Positions 1 to 9,690 of a DNA stretch of 32,165 bases are shown piece by piece. The DNA is taken from NCBI GenBank assembly GCA_043817485.1, contig JBDRGX010000058.1, positions 1 through 32,165 on the forward strand, written 5' to 3'. The notes beneath the pieces are model-generated. The model searched no databases, was not told the origin of the DNA, and saw only the letters and a program-made list of their open reading frames with translations. Numbering within the stretch: position 1 is the stretch's first letter; the number at the start of each line of letters is the position of its first letter. The DNA comes from a bacterium (lineage in GTDB: Bacteria > JBDRGX01). The position numbers and the translations under genes are program-made.

Positions 1-58
1 CTATTTAGTAATTATCGTTAACATTTTGATTTAGTAATCACAATTTTTTAAAAAAAAC

Positions 59-85
59 TTGACAAAATTATCTTGAAAATATAAT
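59..85 (+). promoter_or_regulatory. Putative sigma70-type promoter of the oxidoreductase operon
   Basis: TTGACA (59-64) and TATAAT (80-85), both perfect consensus, but the spacer is only 15 nt; lies just upstream of GGAG (101-104). Confidence 0.5.
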
Positions 86-110
86 TAAAAGCCATTTTAT
101 GGAGAAAATT

Positions 111-1580
111 ATGTATGAAACAATTTCTAAAATTATAAATAAAGAAAATATAGCAAAAGATGATCTAAATATTTTATGTTATTCAAAAGATTTAGCCCCA
201 ATGCCAGAAGAATTATTAAATGCTTATGGTTTTTTAAAACCAAACATGGTTATAAGACCTAAAACCACGCAAGAAATTTCTGAGATTTTAAAATACGCTT
301 TTTATCAAAAAATTCCAATAACAACAAGAGCAGGCGGAACTTGGGCATTAGGTGGAACTATTCCTATAGAAGGTGGTATAGTAATAGATGTATCTAGTTT
401 AAACAAAATATTGGAATTTAATAAAGAAGATGAATATATAAAAGTTCAATCTGGCGTTATCTGGAAACATTTAATGGATTATCTTGAAAAAGAAAATTTT
501 CAAGTAGGAGCTAATCCAAGTAGTAGTCCTTCTGCTACTATTGGTGGATTTATTGCTACAGGTGGTGCTGGCGGAATTGGAGTTTCAAAATTTAATACTT
601 GCGGAGATCAAATTATTTCTATGCAAGTCATTTTATCAAATGGTAAAATTATTGAAACAAATCCCTATAATTCTTGGTTTTTTGTTGGATCTGAAGGAAC
701 GCTCGGAATTATTACAGAAGTAACTTTAAAAACATTTCCTCTTAATAATAAAAAGCATTTTATTTTTGGATTTAACAATATAGATGAAGGAATAGAAGCT
801 TTTCAAAAAATATCTAATTTAAAACCTTATTATTTATCTTTTATAGATAAAAATTTTGTAAAATGTTTAAATGAAAATAATCATCATTTTCCTGAAAAGG
901 AATTAACTGTTATTTTAACTATTAATGGAACAAAACAAAAACTTGATATTTTAGAAGAAAAAATTAAAGAAATTTGTAAAAAATCTGAAATTTATTCTAA
1001 TGACTTAGCAATAGAAGAATGGGAAAACAGATTTAAAAGTGTTTTAAGTATAAAAAAATTAGGTCCTACAATTTTTTCTCCAGAAATTCAAGTTCCTATA
1101 AAATTTATTGAATCTACTTTAAAAGAATTACAAAAATTGTTTATAAACAGAAAATGTGCAATAGAAGTTATGGCTAATACAAATGAAATGGTAACTATTT
1201 TACCAATACTTTTTACTGATGAAAGAAATAAAAGCGATTTTTTTAAAGTTTTTTCATATACAAAACCTATTACAAACATAGGATATAAAAATAAAGGTTG
1301 TATCTATGGAATTGGATTATACAATACTCCTCATATGGAAAAAATACATAAAAATGGTTTCAAAATTATGAAAGAAATAAGAAAAAATTTAGATCCTCAT
1401 AATATTTTGAATCCTTCAAAAACTACACAAATAAGAATTCCTGGTATTTTTCAAGATTTATTTATGATGCTAATGAGCATTTCTCCTGATTTTGTTTTTT
1501 TTGTTTTAAAAGTAGTAAATTCTCTTCCTAAAAAATTTATTAGATTTGGATTGAAAATAATAGGAGGAAAACTCCGATAA
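111..1580 (+). CDS. FAD-binding oxidoreductase (PCMH/VAO-type FAD_binding_4 + FAD-oxidase_C; GlcD/D-lactate dehydrogenase-like)
   Basis: Motifs VIRPKTTQEISEIL, TRAGGTWALGG, ATIGGFIATGG, GSEGTLGIITEVTLK, C-terminal LDPHNILNPSK. Start placed at ATG 111 because GGAG lies at 101-104 (ORF track starts at 99). Confidence 0.9.
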   Translation: MYETISKIINKENIAKDDLNILCYSKDLAPMPEELLNAYGFLKPNMVIRPKTTQEISEILKYAFYQKIPITTRAGGTWALGGTIPIEGGIVIDVSSLNKILEFNKEDEYIKVQSGVIWKHLMDYLEKENFQVGANPSSSPSATIGGFIATGGAGGIGVSKFNTCGDQIISMQVILSNGKIIETNPYNSWFFVGSEGTLGIITEVTLKTFPLNNKKHFIFGFNNIDEGIEAFQKISNLKPYYLSFIDKNFVKCLNENNHHFPEKELTVILTINGTKQKLDILEEKIKEICKKSEIYSNDLAIEEWENRFKSVLSIKKLGPTIFSPEIQVPIKFIESTLKELQKLFINRKCAIEVMANTNEMVTILPILFTDERNKSDFFKVFSYTKPITNIGYKNKGCIYGIGLYNTPHMEKIHKNGFKIMKEIRKNLDPHNILNPSKTTQIRIPGIFQDLFMMLMSISPDFVFFVLKVVNSLPKKFIRFGLKIIGGKLR

Positions 1581-2668
1581 TGAAAGAATTTATAAAAGAT
1601 ATATATACTTGTGCAAGCTGTGGTTATTGTAAATTTGGTTGTCCAGTAAATAAACAAATTGGTTTTGAAAGTTTTTCAGCTAAAGGAAGAATGTTAATTT
1701 TAAAAAATATTTATGAAAAAAAACTTCCTTATAATAATGAAATAATAGATTCTATTTATGCTTGTTCAGAATGTGGTAATTGTTCTCAAATGTGTCCTAC
1801 TGGAATTAATTATGAAGAAATTATGACAACCATAAAAAAAGAAATTGTTGAAATGGATAAATTGCCTCAATCTCAAAAAATAATACGAAATAATATTGAA
1901 AAAGAATATAATCCGTTTGCTGAAAAAAAAGAAGAAAGAGGATTATGGACTTCTAAAAAATCTACTAAAAGTAAATATCTTTATTTTGTTGGATGTTCTG
2001 CTTCTTATTCTTCTAATAGAATTCCCAAATCAATTACAAAAATTCTTGATATGATTAAATTTGATTATACTATTTTAGGAAATGATGAAGTTTGTTGTGG
2101 AGATCCATTAGAAAAAATGGGAGAAATAGAAAAAGCTAATAATCTTTTAAAACAAAATATAGAAAAAATTAAAGAACTTGAAGTAGAAACAATTTTTGCT
2201 TCTTGTTCTGGTTGTTATAAAAATTTTAAAAAAAAATTAAGCAAAGAATTTAAAGTAAAACATATTACAGAATTATTAAGTGATTTAATCAAAGAAGGTA
2301 AAATTAGTTTTAAAGATTTTTCTAAAAAAGTAATTTATGCTGATGGTTGCGATTTAGGGAGACATAGTGGAATTTATGAAGAACCACGAAAAATACTAAA
2401 ATCTATTCCAAAACTTGAATTATTAGAATTTGATTATAATAGAAAAGAATCTATTTGTTGTGGAGGCCCTTTAATGGCTTCTTATCCATCACTTTCTCGT
2501 AAAATTGCTGCAGAAAAAATAAAAGAAGCTTTTGAAAAAAAAGCTGATTTAATTGCAACAAGTTGTCCAACTTGTTTTGTTAATTTAAAAGAAGGTGCTA
2601 AAGAATCCGGAATAGAAATAGAAATACAAGATATTCCTTTATTATTACCAAAATTAGTTAAAAGTTAA
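1580..2668 (+). CDS. Fe-S oxidoreductase with two [4Fe-4S] motifs and two CCG domains (GlcF/HdrD-like)
   Basis: CASCGYCKFGCP and CSECGNCSQMCP ferredoxin motifs; YFVGC, VCCG, CSGC, DGCDLGR, ICCGG, TSCPTC; TAATG overlap with the upstream gene; AGGAGG RBS. Confidence 0.9.
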   Translation: MKEFIKDIYTCASCGYCKFGCPVNKQIGFESFSAKGRMLILKNIYEKKLPYNNEIIDSIYACSECGNCSQMCPTGINYEEIMTTIKKEIVEMDKLPQSQKIIRNNIEKEYNPFAEKKEERGLWTSKKSTKSKYLYFVGCSASYSSNRIPKSITKILDMIKFDYTILGNDEVCCGDPLEKMGEIEKANNLLKQNIEKIKELEVETIFASCSGCYKNFKKKLSKEFKVKHITELLSDLIKEGKISFKDFSKKVIYADGCDLGRHSGIYEEPRKILKSIPKLELLEFDYNRKESICCGGPLMASYPSLSRKIAAEKIKEAFEKKADLIATSCPTCFVNLKEGAKESGIEIEIQDIPLLLPKLVKS

Positions 2669-2688
2669 AAATACAAGGAAATTTAAAA

Positions 2689-3468
2689 ATGTTCACAATA
2701 CAAAAAATAGAAGAAAATATAATTAGTGTTTCTGCTGAAATTACCTTAGAAAAATTATATCAACAATTAAATGGTTTTGAATTATTTATTGAACCATTAA
2801 GTCAAAAAAAAACATTAAAAGATTTTATTGCTGAAGGTGGATTAGGTTATAATTCATTAAAAGAAGGAACATTTTCTTCAAAAATATATAAAATAAAAAA
2901 TAAAATAAATAAAAGTTATTTTGAATATGGGTCAAATAATATGTCTTTATATAATGTTGGGTATCCTTTACATCGAATTGTAGACAATCCATTTTTTAAT
3001 TTAACAAAAGTAGATTTTGGAACTATAGAAAAAATTACTTTACCAATCAGAAAAAAACAAAATATAAAAATAACTTATATTAAAAAAGATACAAATATTA
3101 TAATTCCAGAATTTGCTACAAATGTAATTTATGTTAATAATATAGGAGCAAATCTTTTAGGATTAAATGAATCTGGTATTATTATTTTTCATCCAAATGA
3201 ATTTCAATTAGATGGAGAATTAAAAAATGAAATTGAAAAGAAAAAATTTATAGAAGATTTTATTCCTAAAGAAAATTGTACTTTAAAAATTTTGACAATG
3301 AAATCTAATTTACCAAAAATTTATGAACTTGCAGAAAAAAATAATAGTCTTTTTTTTGCTTTATTTACTAATTTAGGGATATTAGTACTAATTTCATCTA
3401 ATGAAGAAAAAATTAAAGAAATTAAAAATTCTATTAATTATCCAATGACTTGGTTTTTAACAAAATAA
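2689..3468 (+). CDS. Hypothetical protein, degenerate FAD-binding (GlcE-like) subunit
   Basis: N-terminus ISVSAEITLEKLYQQL..FIEPLS..TLKDFIAEGGLGYNSLKEG aligns by eye with the PCMH FAD-binding segment of the first ORF (IKVQSGVIWKHLMDYL..ANPSS..TIGGFIATGGAG..VSKF); AAGGA RBS; third gene of the operon. Confidence 0.6.
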   Translation: MFTIQKIEENIISVSAEITLEKLYQQLNGFELFIEPLSQKKTLKDFIAEGGLGYNSLKEGTFSSKIYKIKNKINKSYFEYGSNNMSLYNVGYPLHRIVDNPFFNLTKVDFGTIEKITLPIRKKQNIKITYIKKDTNIIIPEFATNVIYVNNIGANLLGLNESGIIIFHPNEFQLDGELKNEIEKKKFIEDFIPKENCTLKILTMKSNLPKIYELAEKNNSLFFALFTNLGILVLISSNEEKIKEIKNSINYPMTWFLTK

Positions 3469-3484
3469 AAAACTACACTTGATA

Positions 3485-3829
3485 TTAATCATTATCATGC
3501 TTCATGATTTTTTGAATTGTTTTTCGTAATTCAGGAATTTGTTGTTCTATGGTTAGTTTTGCAACAGACAAATTAATTCCATTATAATCATGTACAATAA
3601 CATTACGAAATCCGATAGCTCCTTTAATTGGTAAAATCGAACGATATTCTTCAGATTTTATTTTATTTAAAATCTCCCCTATTTGCTGAAGACACATCAA
3701 AATTGCATATTGTCCCTCCATATCCGAAAGCACGCCTTGAACTGAACCATGTTTTATAGTTATCTTTTCAATATCGTCTATATAGTCAAGAATAGATTCT
3801 AATCTTGCCATATCGCTTTTTTTAGACAT
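3485..3829 (-). CDS. hepT: HepT-like HEPN ribonuclease toxin (DUF86 family)
   Basis: RX4HXY motif RNVIVHDY; LQQIGE helix; 114 aa; overlaps the MNT gene by 8 nt. Confidence 0.85.
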   Translation of the reverse strand: MSKKSDMARLESILDYIDDIEKITIKHGSVQGVLSDMEGQYAILMCLQQIGEILNKIKSEEYRSILPIKGAIGFRNVIVHDYNGINLSVAKLTIEQQIPELRKTIQKIMKHDND

Positions 3830-4130
3830 ATACTACCTCTGAAAGTATATACTTTCTACCTACCCTCTTTAACCCGTTTTTATCCGCTAAATCAACAAAC
3901 TGTCCTATAATTTGGTGTATTTCATTTTTTATTTCTTCAATTCGAACATATACATCCCATCCAGAATATTTCTGGATAAAATTGCTATTCATTTCAAAAA
4001 GAATATCAATATCGCTTTTATGAGTTTGTTCATTTCTCACATATGACCCAAATACACCAATAATAATAAATCCTTCAGGTTCATATTTTTTTTTTATATC
4101 TTTAATTTTTTTCATAAGTTCTTGATTCAT
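3822..4130 (-). CDS. mntA: MntA-like minimal nucleotidyltransferase antitoxin
   Basis: GSX10DXD motif (FGSYVRNEQTHKSDIDIL), VDLA, C-terminal ILSEVVYV; 102 aa, upstream of the HEPN gene. Confidence 0.85.
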   Translation of the reverse strand: MNQELMKKIKDIKKKYEPEGFIIIGVFGSYVRNEQTHKSDIDILFEMNSNFIQKYSGWDVYVRIEEIKNEIHQIIGQFVDLADKNGLKRVGRKYILSEVVYV

Positions 4131-4182
4131 TGCTTTTTCCTTAAAAATTCATATTACATAAAATTACAGTCCTTTTGTTGAA

Positions 4183-4210
4183 AAAATAGCATATTTCTTT
4201 ATTCTGTCAA
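4183..4210 (-). promoter_or_regulatory. Putative promoter of mntA-hepT
   Basis: Minus strand TTGACA-N16-TATTTT with a TG extended -10, about 50 nt upstream of the start codon. Confidence 0.4.
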
Positions 4211-4294
4211 GAAATTTTCTCTATATTTTTGAATAGGGCAAATTTAATAGAAAAACTGCTGATCAATAGGTTAAATCTTTAAAAATTTTGTTTT

Positions 4295-5419
4295 TTAGCG
4301 AACCCAAAAAAAATCATATAAATTTTCAATTTCTTTTACCATTTTTTCACAAGTAAAATATTTTTCTACTTTTATTCTTCCTTGTTTTCCCATTTCTATT
4401 CTTTTTTCTTTATTATCCAAAAGTTCTTTTATTGCTTTAGCTAAAGCAAAAGAATCTTTGACTGGTACTAATAACCCAGTATTTTCATCTACTAATTCCT
4501 GATTTCCACTAATTTTACTCGCGATAACAGGAATAGAAGATGCCATTGCTTCTAAAATACTTACAGAAAGACCTTCTCTCAATGAAGGTAAAACAAAAAT
4601 ATCTGTTATTTTCAATATCTCTGGAATATTTTTCTTTACTCCAGTAAAAATAACATTTTTACTTATTTCTAATTTATAAGTAATTTTTTTTAATTCATTT
4701 AATAAAAAACCTTCTCCAACAATTAAAAGAATTGTATTTGGATATGATTCTAATATTAATTTCATTGCTTCAAAAAGAAAAATATGTCCTTTTTCTAAAA
4801 CTAACCGAGCAACATAAGTAATTATATATGGCTCATTTATAATTTTCAATTCTTTATACATCTTTTTTTTATCAACAATAATATTAAACTCTTGTAAATT
4901 AATTCCATTATAAATAACAATAATTTTATTTGGATTTATTTTCGCTTTTTCAATCATAAAATCTTTTATTTTTTGACAAACTACGATTATTTTATTTACA
5001 AAAAAAGAACTTATTTTTTCTAAATAAAGTTTATATTTTTTTTCTGATTGCAAAGTATGAATTGATGAAATAACTGGAATTCCTACTAATTTTCCAGATA
5101 TTCTACTGAAAATATTTGCTCTAAAAAGATGGCTATGAATAATATTTATTTTTTCTTTTAAACAAATAAAAACTAATTTTATAATAATTCTAAAACTATC
5201 TAAAACTGCCCAAAAATTTTCTTTATCAAAAGTATTTAAACTAATTACTTTAATTCCTTGTTTTTCTAATTCTAAAGCAATTTCTCCCTTTTTTTTAAGA
5301 GAACAAACGACTATTTGATATTTTTTTTTATCAAGTCCTTGAATAATTTGAAAAAAAATTTTTTCTGCACCACCAATTCCAGTGCTTGTAATAACCATTA
5401 AAATATTAATTTTTTTCAT
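4295..5419 (-). CDS. Glycosyltransferase family 4 (GT-B fold)
   Basis: GIGGAEK, IIHSH, IYNGI, VARLVLEKGH, DIFVLPSLREGLSVSILEAMAS (EX7E motif). Confidence 0.93.
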   Translation of the reverse strand: MKKINILMVITSTGIGGAEKIFFQIIQGLDKKKYQIVVCSLKKKGEIALELEKQGIKVISLNTFDKENFWAVLDSFRIIIKLVFICLKEKINIIHSHLFRANIFSRISGKLVGIPVISSIHTLQSEKKYKLYLEKISSFFVNKIIVVCQKIKDFMIEKAKINPNKIIVIYNGINLQEFNIIVDKKKMYKELKIINEPYIITYVARLVLEKGHIFLFEAMKLILESYPNTILLIVGEGFLLNELKKITYKLEISKNVIFTGVKKNIPEILKITDIFVLPSLREGLSVSILEAMASSIPVIASKISGNQELVDENTGLLVPVKDSFALAKAIKELLDNKEKRIEMGKQGRIKVEKYFTCEKMVKEIENLYDFFWVR

Positions 5420-5514
5420 AATTTTGATAAATTTTCTCTATTTTATTGATAATTAATTCCCATAAATAATTTTTCAATACATATTCTCTATATTTGATGT
5501 TTTATATTTTTTTT

Positions 5515-6798
5515 TTACTCATCTTTAATGTCATCAGAAACGAAATGCAAGTGTTCATAATTAAATACTAACTTTTCAAGCACTGCAAATGGCCCCAATT
5601 TTTCTTCTGCAAATTTCTTAGAACAAACAGATATTGTTTTTCTAAACAAAGAATCGCTTAACGCAACCATGCAATTACAAATCTCCTCCGGAGTTTCGGC
5701 ATTCATGATAGGCGACTCACCCAAAAAACTCAAATTCCTTGCATTGGCAATAAGAGGTTTCCCTATATAGAGTGCATACATGCCAGCACCTATCCAATGT
5801 TTCCCTACTTGATCGAAACATATGTCAGCCAATTCATAAAGATTGATTAGCTCATTGAAAGGCATCTCTTTATGCCACACAACAACATCAGACAATCCAA
5901 TCTCATCACAAAGAAGCTTTGCATAGTGAACATCTTCCCCTTTTTCAACAAAATGAATCTCAATATTTTTATTAAGTTTTTTATACATAGCCAACCCATG
6001 AATTATTTTATCATTTCCCTTGGAATATTCCTCATTTGCCTCAGGAAAAGTTTTATACAAAAATCTAACTCCCGAAAAAATCACTAACTTTTTTCCCTCA
6101 AGTTTAAACTCGCGATTAACATGCTTAAGTTGCTCAAAAGAAGCATCGTATCGCGGTATATAAGTTACCCCTGAATCTTCAATCTCAGAAATTAATCGAT
6201 CTCCAACTTTATTTAGTCCTTTTGGAAAGTACAATAAAATATTAGCATTTTTTGCCGACTTAAAGTTTTGACTCACTATTAATTTAATTATTTTTCTTGT
6301 AATAATATATGGAAAAAATTTAAAAACTGATCGCTGTTTCATCCCCCAAGAAAGTAACGATATGTTTTGAGTATTGCACCAAACATCAAAATCTGAACCA
6401 TGTGAAAGAAATATTTTTAAAGTCTCTTTCTTTAAAAATGGTACAAATGATATAAACGATCCTCCTAAAAAAACTGCTTTTATAGTATCAAATTTTTTTT
6501 TACGATTAGCTTTTTGCAACATTAATAGCAAAATTAATTTTGGAAATGCATTAACAATAAATTGAGTTGGAAGAATAAACTCAATCACCCAGTCTGGATA
6601 AGGGTAAGAAATATTTGGAAAATGATTTTCTGGACGACATAACGCATTCTTTTTAAAAACATCAACGAAATAAATAACATCTTGACCTAATTTCCTCAAC
6701 TCATGTGCATACATCATTGGCATCGCATTCATTGTGCCAAAAAAAATAACCACACCTGATGCATTTATATCTATCATACTATCCCACTTCTTTTCCAT
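5515..6798 (-). CDS. Putative glycosyltransferase (GT-B-like)
   Basis: SHGSDF, KGNDKII, ELINLYELADICFDQ...ALYIGKPLIAN donor-binding region; directly downstream of wzx. Alternative start at ATG 6777. Confidence 0.7.
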   Translation of the reverse strand: MEKKWDSMIDINASGVVIFFGTMNAMPMMYAHELRKLGQDVIYFVDVFKKNALCRPENHFPNISYPYPDWVIEFILPTQFIVNAFPKLILLLMLQKANRKKKFDTIKAVFLGGSFISFVPFLKKETLKIFLSHGSDFDVWCNTQNISLLSWGMKQRSVFKFFPYIITRKIIKLIVSQNFKSAKNANILLYFPKGLNKVGDRLISEIEDSGVTYIPRYDASFEQLKHVNREFKLEGKKLVIFSGVRFLYKTFPEANEEYSKGNDKIIHGLAMYKKLNKNIEIHFVEKGEDVHYAKLLCDEIGLSDVVVWHKEMPFNELINLYELADICFDQVGKHWIGAGMYALYIGKPLIANARNLSFLGESPIMNAETPEEICNCMVALSDSLFRKTISVCSKKFAEEKLGPFAVLEKLVFNYEHLHFVSDDIKDE

Positions 6799-8299
6799 TC
6801 AAATTACCTCTAATCAGCATACAAAAACTCTTTCGAACAAAAGTTGATGTTATAGATCCAGACATCATAACTATTAATCCAAAACCAATCACAATACCTA
6901 TCTGCCACCAGCGGTTATCATTATGTGGTAAAATTAAATTTAATCCATAGCCGACTATCGCAACAACTAAAAAAATTATCAGAATATCTTGAACATACCA
7001 TTTCAAATTTAACCCTGGTGCAAATTTACGATGTACAAGAGGTAACCACGCAACAAAGGAAATTACATTCATTATCAACCAAACATAACCTGCACCTACA
7101 CCACCATATTGACTGGCAGCCCATATGATGACAGGTATCAGCAGTACTACAAAAACAATATTACCTATCAAATGCAATCGCAAGTCACCTTTAGCATATT
7201 GCAGATAATACGGAAAAGCCGAGACCGCCAAAATGCCATTGCCAATCGCGTAAAGCACTAAAATAGAGGCTGCTTGATGTGCCAAAATTTTGTTGCCTGT
7301 CCATGCCCACAGCAACGGCTCAGCACAAAATACCATTGTGATAGAAACAGCACCTGCAATTACTGCAACTAATTGTGTTGCCTGCCGATAAACACGAATT
7401 ACGCCTGTATAGTCACCTTCTGCTTCTAATTTTGCCATGTGTGGCATAATGGCACCGCTAACAGGTCCACTAATCACCATTACACCACTGGCAACTAATA
7501 CTGCCAAAGTAAAATAGCCATAGTCTGCTAATGACAATAGCTTAGAAAGTACTAATTTGTCAGTCTGCGTAATTAGCACCCAAACTGATGAAGTAAAAGC
7601 TATACTGAGTGAAAACTTGAACACAGGTTTAAGTGGTGTCCAAGACCAGGATAACCGCTTGCCTTGAGGAATGATTGGCAATAGTCGATAAGCATAAAAA
7701 AGCAACCCTACCAGTTCCAACACAGCCACACCAAACTGGTATCTAAAAAAAATCGCTGGTGTTGCACCAATGAATATCAAAACTGGTAATATGCTAACAA
7801 AGCGTAATGTGGCAATAAATGAGTTGTATTTCCCTAACCACACCAACCGCTCCGATCCACTAATTATACCACGATACAGTCCGCACATCCATCGCATGGC
7901 AATAATTATCGCCATAAATTGCACTGCTGTTTGTACTTCGACAATTGGTAGTTGTGTTGTCTGCAACCAGTCAACAGAAATATAACCTGCGGCTGCAAAC
8001 ATAACTATACCACCAACCAATGCCACCACAAAAAATATGCCCTCCAGTGCTCGCACTAAACGACGATAACTGAGTGCATCCGTTGTACCACCCCGAAATC
8101 GTGCCGTTTCCCGTGCCATAGTAGGCGTTAATCCCATGTCCAGCAGATTGAACCATACTTGCAACATGGCAAAAAATCCTACCAACCCATACGCCTCCGC
8201 CCCCATATATTTGATATACAAAGGCAATATTACAATGCCAATAATCGTAACATATATTTGACTAATATAGTTGGCGAGAATGTTGCGTTTGAGGGACAT
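6779..8299 (-). CDS. wzx: Oligosaccharide flippase (Wzx / MOP superfamily)
   Basis: MSLKRNILANY..., GAEAYGLVG, LLDMGL, QTDKLVLSKLL, YGYFTLA; roughly 12-14 hydrophobic segments in 506 aa. Confidence 0.9.
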   Translation of the reverse strand: MSLKRNILANYISQIYVTIIGIVILPLYIKYMGAEAYGLVGFFAMLQVWFNLLDMGLTPTMARETARFRGGTTDALSYRRLVRALEGIFFVVALVGGIVMFAAAGYISVDWLQTTQLPIVEVQTAVQFMAIIIAMRWMCGLYRGIISGSERLVWLGKYNSFIATLRFVSILPVLIFIGATPAIFFRYQFGVAVLELVGLLFYAYRLLPIIPQGKRLSWSWTPLKPVFKFSLSIAFTSSVWVLITQTDKLVLSKLLSLADYGYFTLAVLVASGVMVISGPVSGAIMPHMAKLEAEGDYTGVIRVYRQATQLVAVIAGAVSITMVFCAEPLLWAWTGNKILAHQAASILVLYAIGNGILAVSAFPYYLQYAKGDLRLHLIGNIVFVVLLIPVIIWAASQYGGVGAGYVWLIMNVISFVAWLPLVHRKFAPGLNLKWYVQDILIIFLVVAIVGYGLNLILPHNDNRWWQIGIVIGFGLIVMMSGSITSTFVRKSFCMLIRGNLNGKEVG

Positions 8300-8491
8300 T
8301 AGCCTACTCCATGCACAACAGATATTATATTAATCTGTTGCAAAAAAATATATTTGGTAAATTCCATAGTAAAAACTTCTCTCATTTATTTTTCTTCTTT
8401 ATTGTGTGATTGAACTTCAAAACTACAAAATTCATTTTCTAAATCTTACGACCTTGCAACACGGCTTAACGGAATATTCTATTGCGCCTAA

Positions 8492-9217
8492 TCACTTCCG
8501 AGTACATATAAAATAAATGCTAGCTGTCAATTCTGGATACTGCATACCAAGAGCATAACAACCATCAAGATAACCTTCGTCAATTACCTTATTCTTCAAG
8601 AGTAGATCAAACTGAAAATTAGCAAATGGCTTGAAAAACACCCCACCCCTTGATTCAATATTTAATTTTGCTTGGCGAATCTCATGTTCAAGAGTATCCA
8701 TGCTGTATGTACAACAATGACCGTGTACAAGCTCACCCGCAGTAACAGAATTATTGGTTTCTATCAAACCCATTTTTACGGCGATCTGTCGCGATGCAGC
8801 ATTCGCATTGGGAACAACTACAAAAAGTCGACCAGTTGGACTTAACCAATTACCTATGCACAAAAGTGCCTCAATTGGATTATCCAAATGCTCTAATGTA
8901 TGTACTAAAAAAATCGAATCATAAATAGGCTCAAGTTTGGCTGTTTCAATTGTAGAATGAATAAAGCGAACATTTGCCGGTACTTTTTTTTTTGCCACCT
9001 CAATTAAACTATCAGCAGCTTCAAGCACCGTTAAGTCGTCAAAATGCTCAACGTATAATTTGGTTGTTTCGCCTTCAAAACAGCCCAGTTCCAATGCCTT
9101 ACCGTTTGTAAAGAACGGTAAGAATGTGCGCATCATATAACGACGAATTACATAGTCAAAATCATAGGCATATTGCCTATCTTTATTGTCTTGGTACTCA
9201 TTGTTATAGTCTCTCAT
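8492..9217 (-). CDS. Class I SAM-dependent methyltransferase
   Basis: Motif I ALELGCFEG; HTLEHLDNP; GRLFVVVPN; ATGA overlap with the GNAT gene. Confidence 0.9.
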   Translation of the reverse strand: MRDYNNEYQDNKDRQYAYDFDYVIRRYMMRTFLPFFTNGKALELGCFEGETTKLYVEHFDDLTVLEAADSLIEVAKKKVPANVRFIHSTIETAKLEPIYDSIFLVHTLEHLDNPIEALLCIGNWLSPTGRLFVVVPNANAASRQIAVKMGLIETNNSVTAGELVHGHCCTYSMDTLEHEIRQAKLNIESRGGVFFKPFANFQFDLLLKNKVIDEGYLDGCYALGMQYPELTASIYFICTRK

Positions 9218-9690
9218 TGATATTCTCCTTTACCTTGTTCTGAAAAATTTAATTGCATTAACACCATATTGCCTTGGTTTTCAATTTTTTTAAACCCAAA
9301 CTTTTTGTATAGGCACATTGCAGAATAATTATTTATCAATACTTCCATCGTAATATTTTTAATATCGCATTGTTTAGCATATTTAAGACAGTTATTCATT
9401 AAAGTAGTTGCAATTCCCTTTCCCATGAAATCCAAATTTACACTCACATTGGTAATGTAGCCAGTACAGCCACTTGAATCATTAAAATATGCAGCTACAA
9501 GGCCAATGAGTTTTTTGTCATGCCATGCTTCAAAAGTTATAGCCTTGTCAAATATTTTTTTCGAATATTTATCAATATTAACCCGTTGAATTAGTGGCGG
9601 ACTAAAATTGTTATTGCAACAATATAAGTGTGAACATATTTCTTCTTCAGAAACTGTTTTTATTTTGTAACTTACGACTGCAATACTCAT
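9214..9690 (-). CDS. GNAT-family N-acyltransferase
   Basis: Acyl-CoA motif A ITNVSVNLDFMGKGIATTLM and motif B NYSAMCLYKKFGF. Confidence 0.9.
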   Translation of the reverse strand: MSIAVVSYKIKTVSEEEICSHLYCCNNNFSPPLIQRVNIDKYSKKIFDKAITFEAWHDKKLIGLVAAYFNDSSGCTGYITNVSVNLDFMGKGIATTLMNNCLKYAKQCDIKNITMEVLINNYSAMCLYKKFGFKKIENQGNMVLMQLNFSEQGKGEYQ

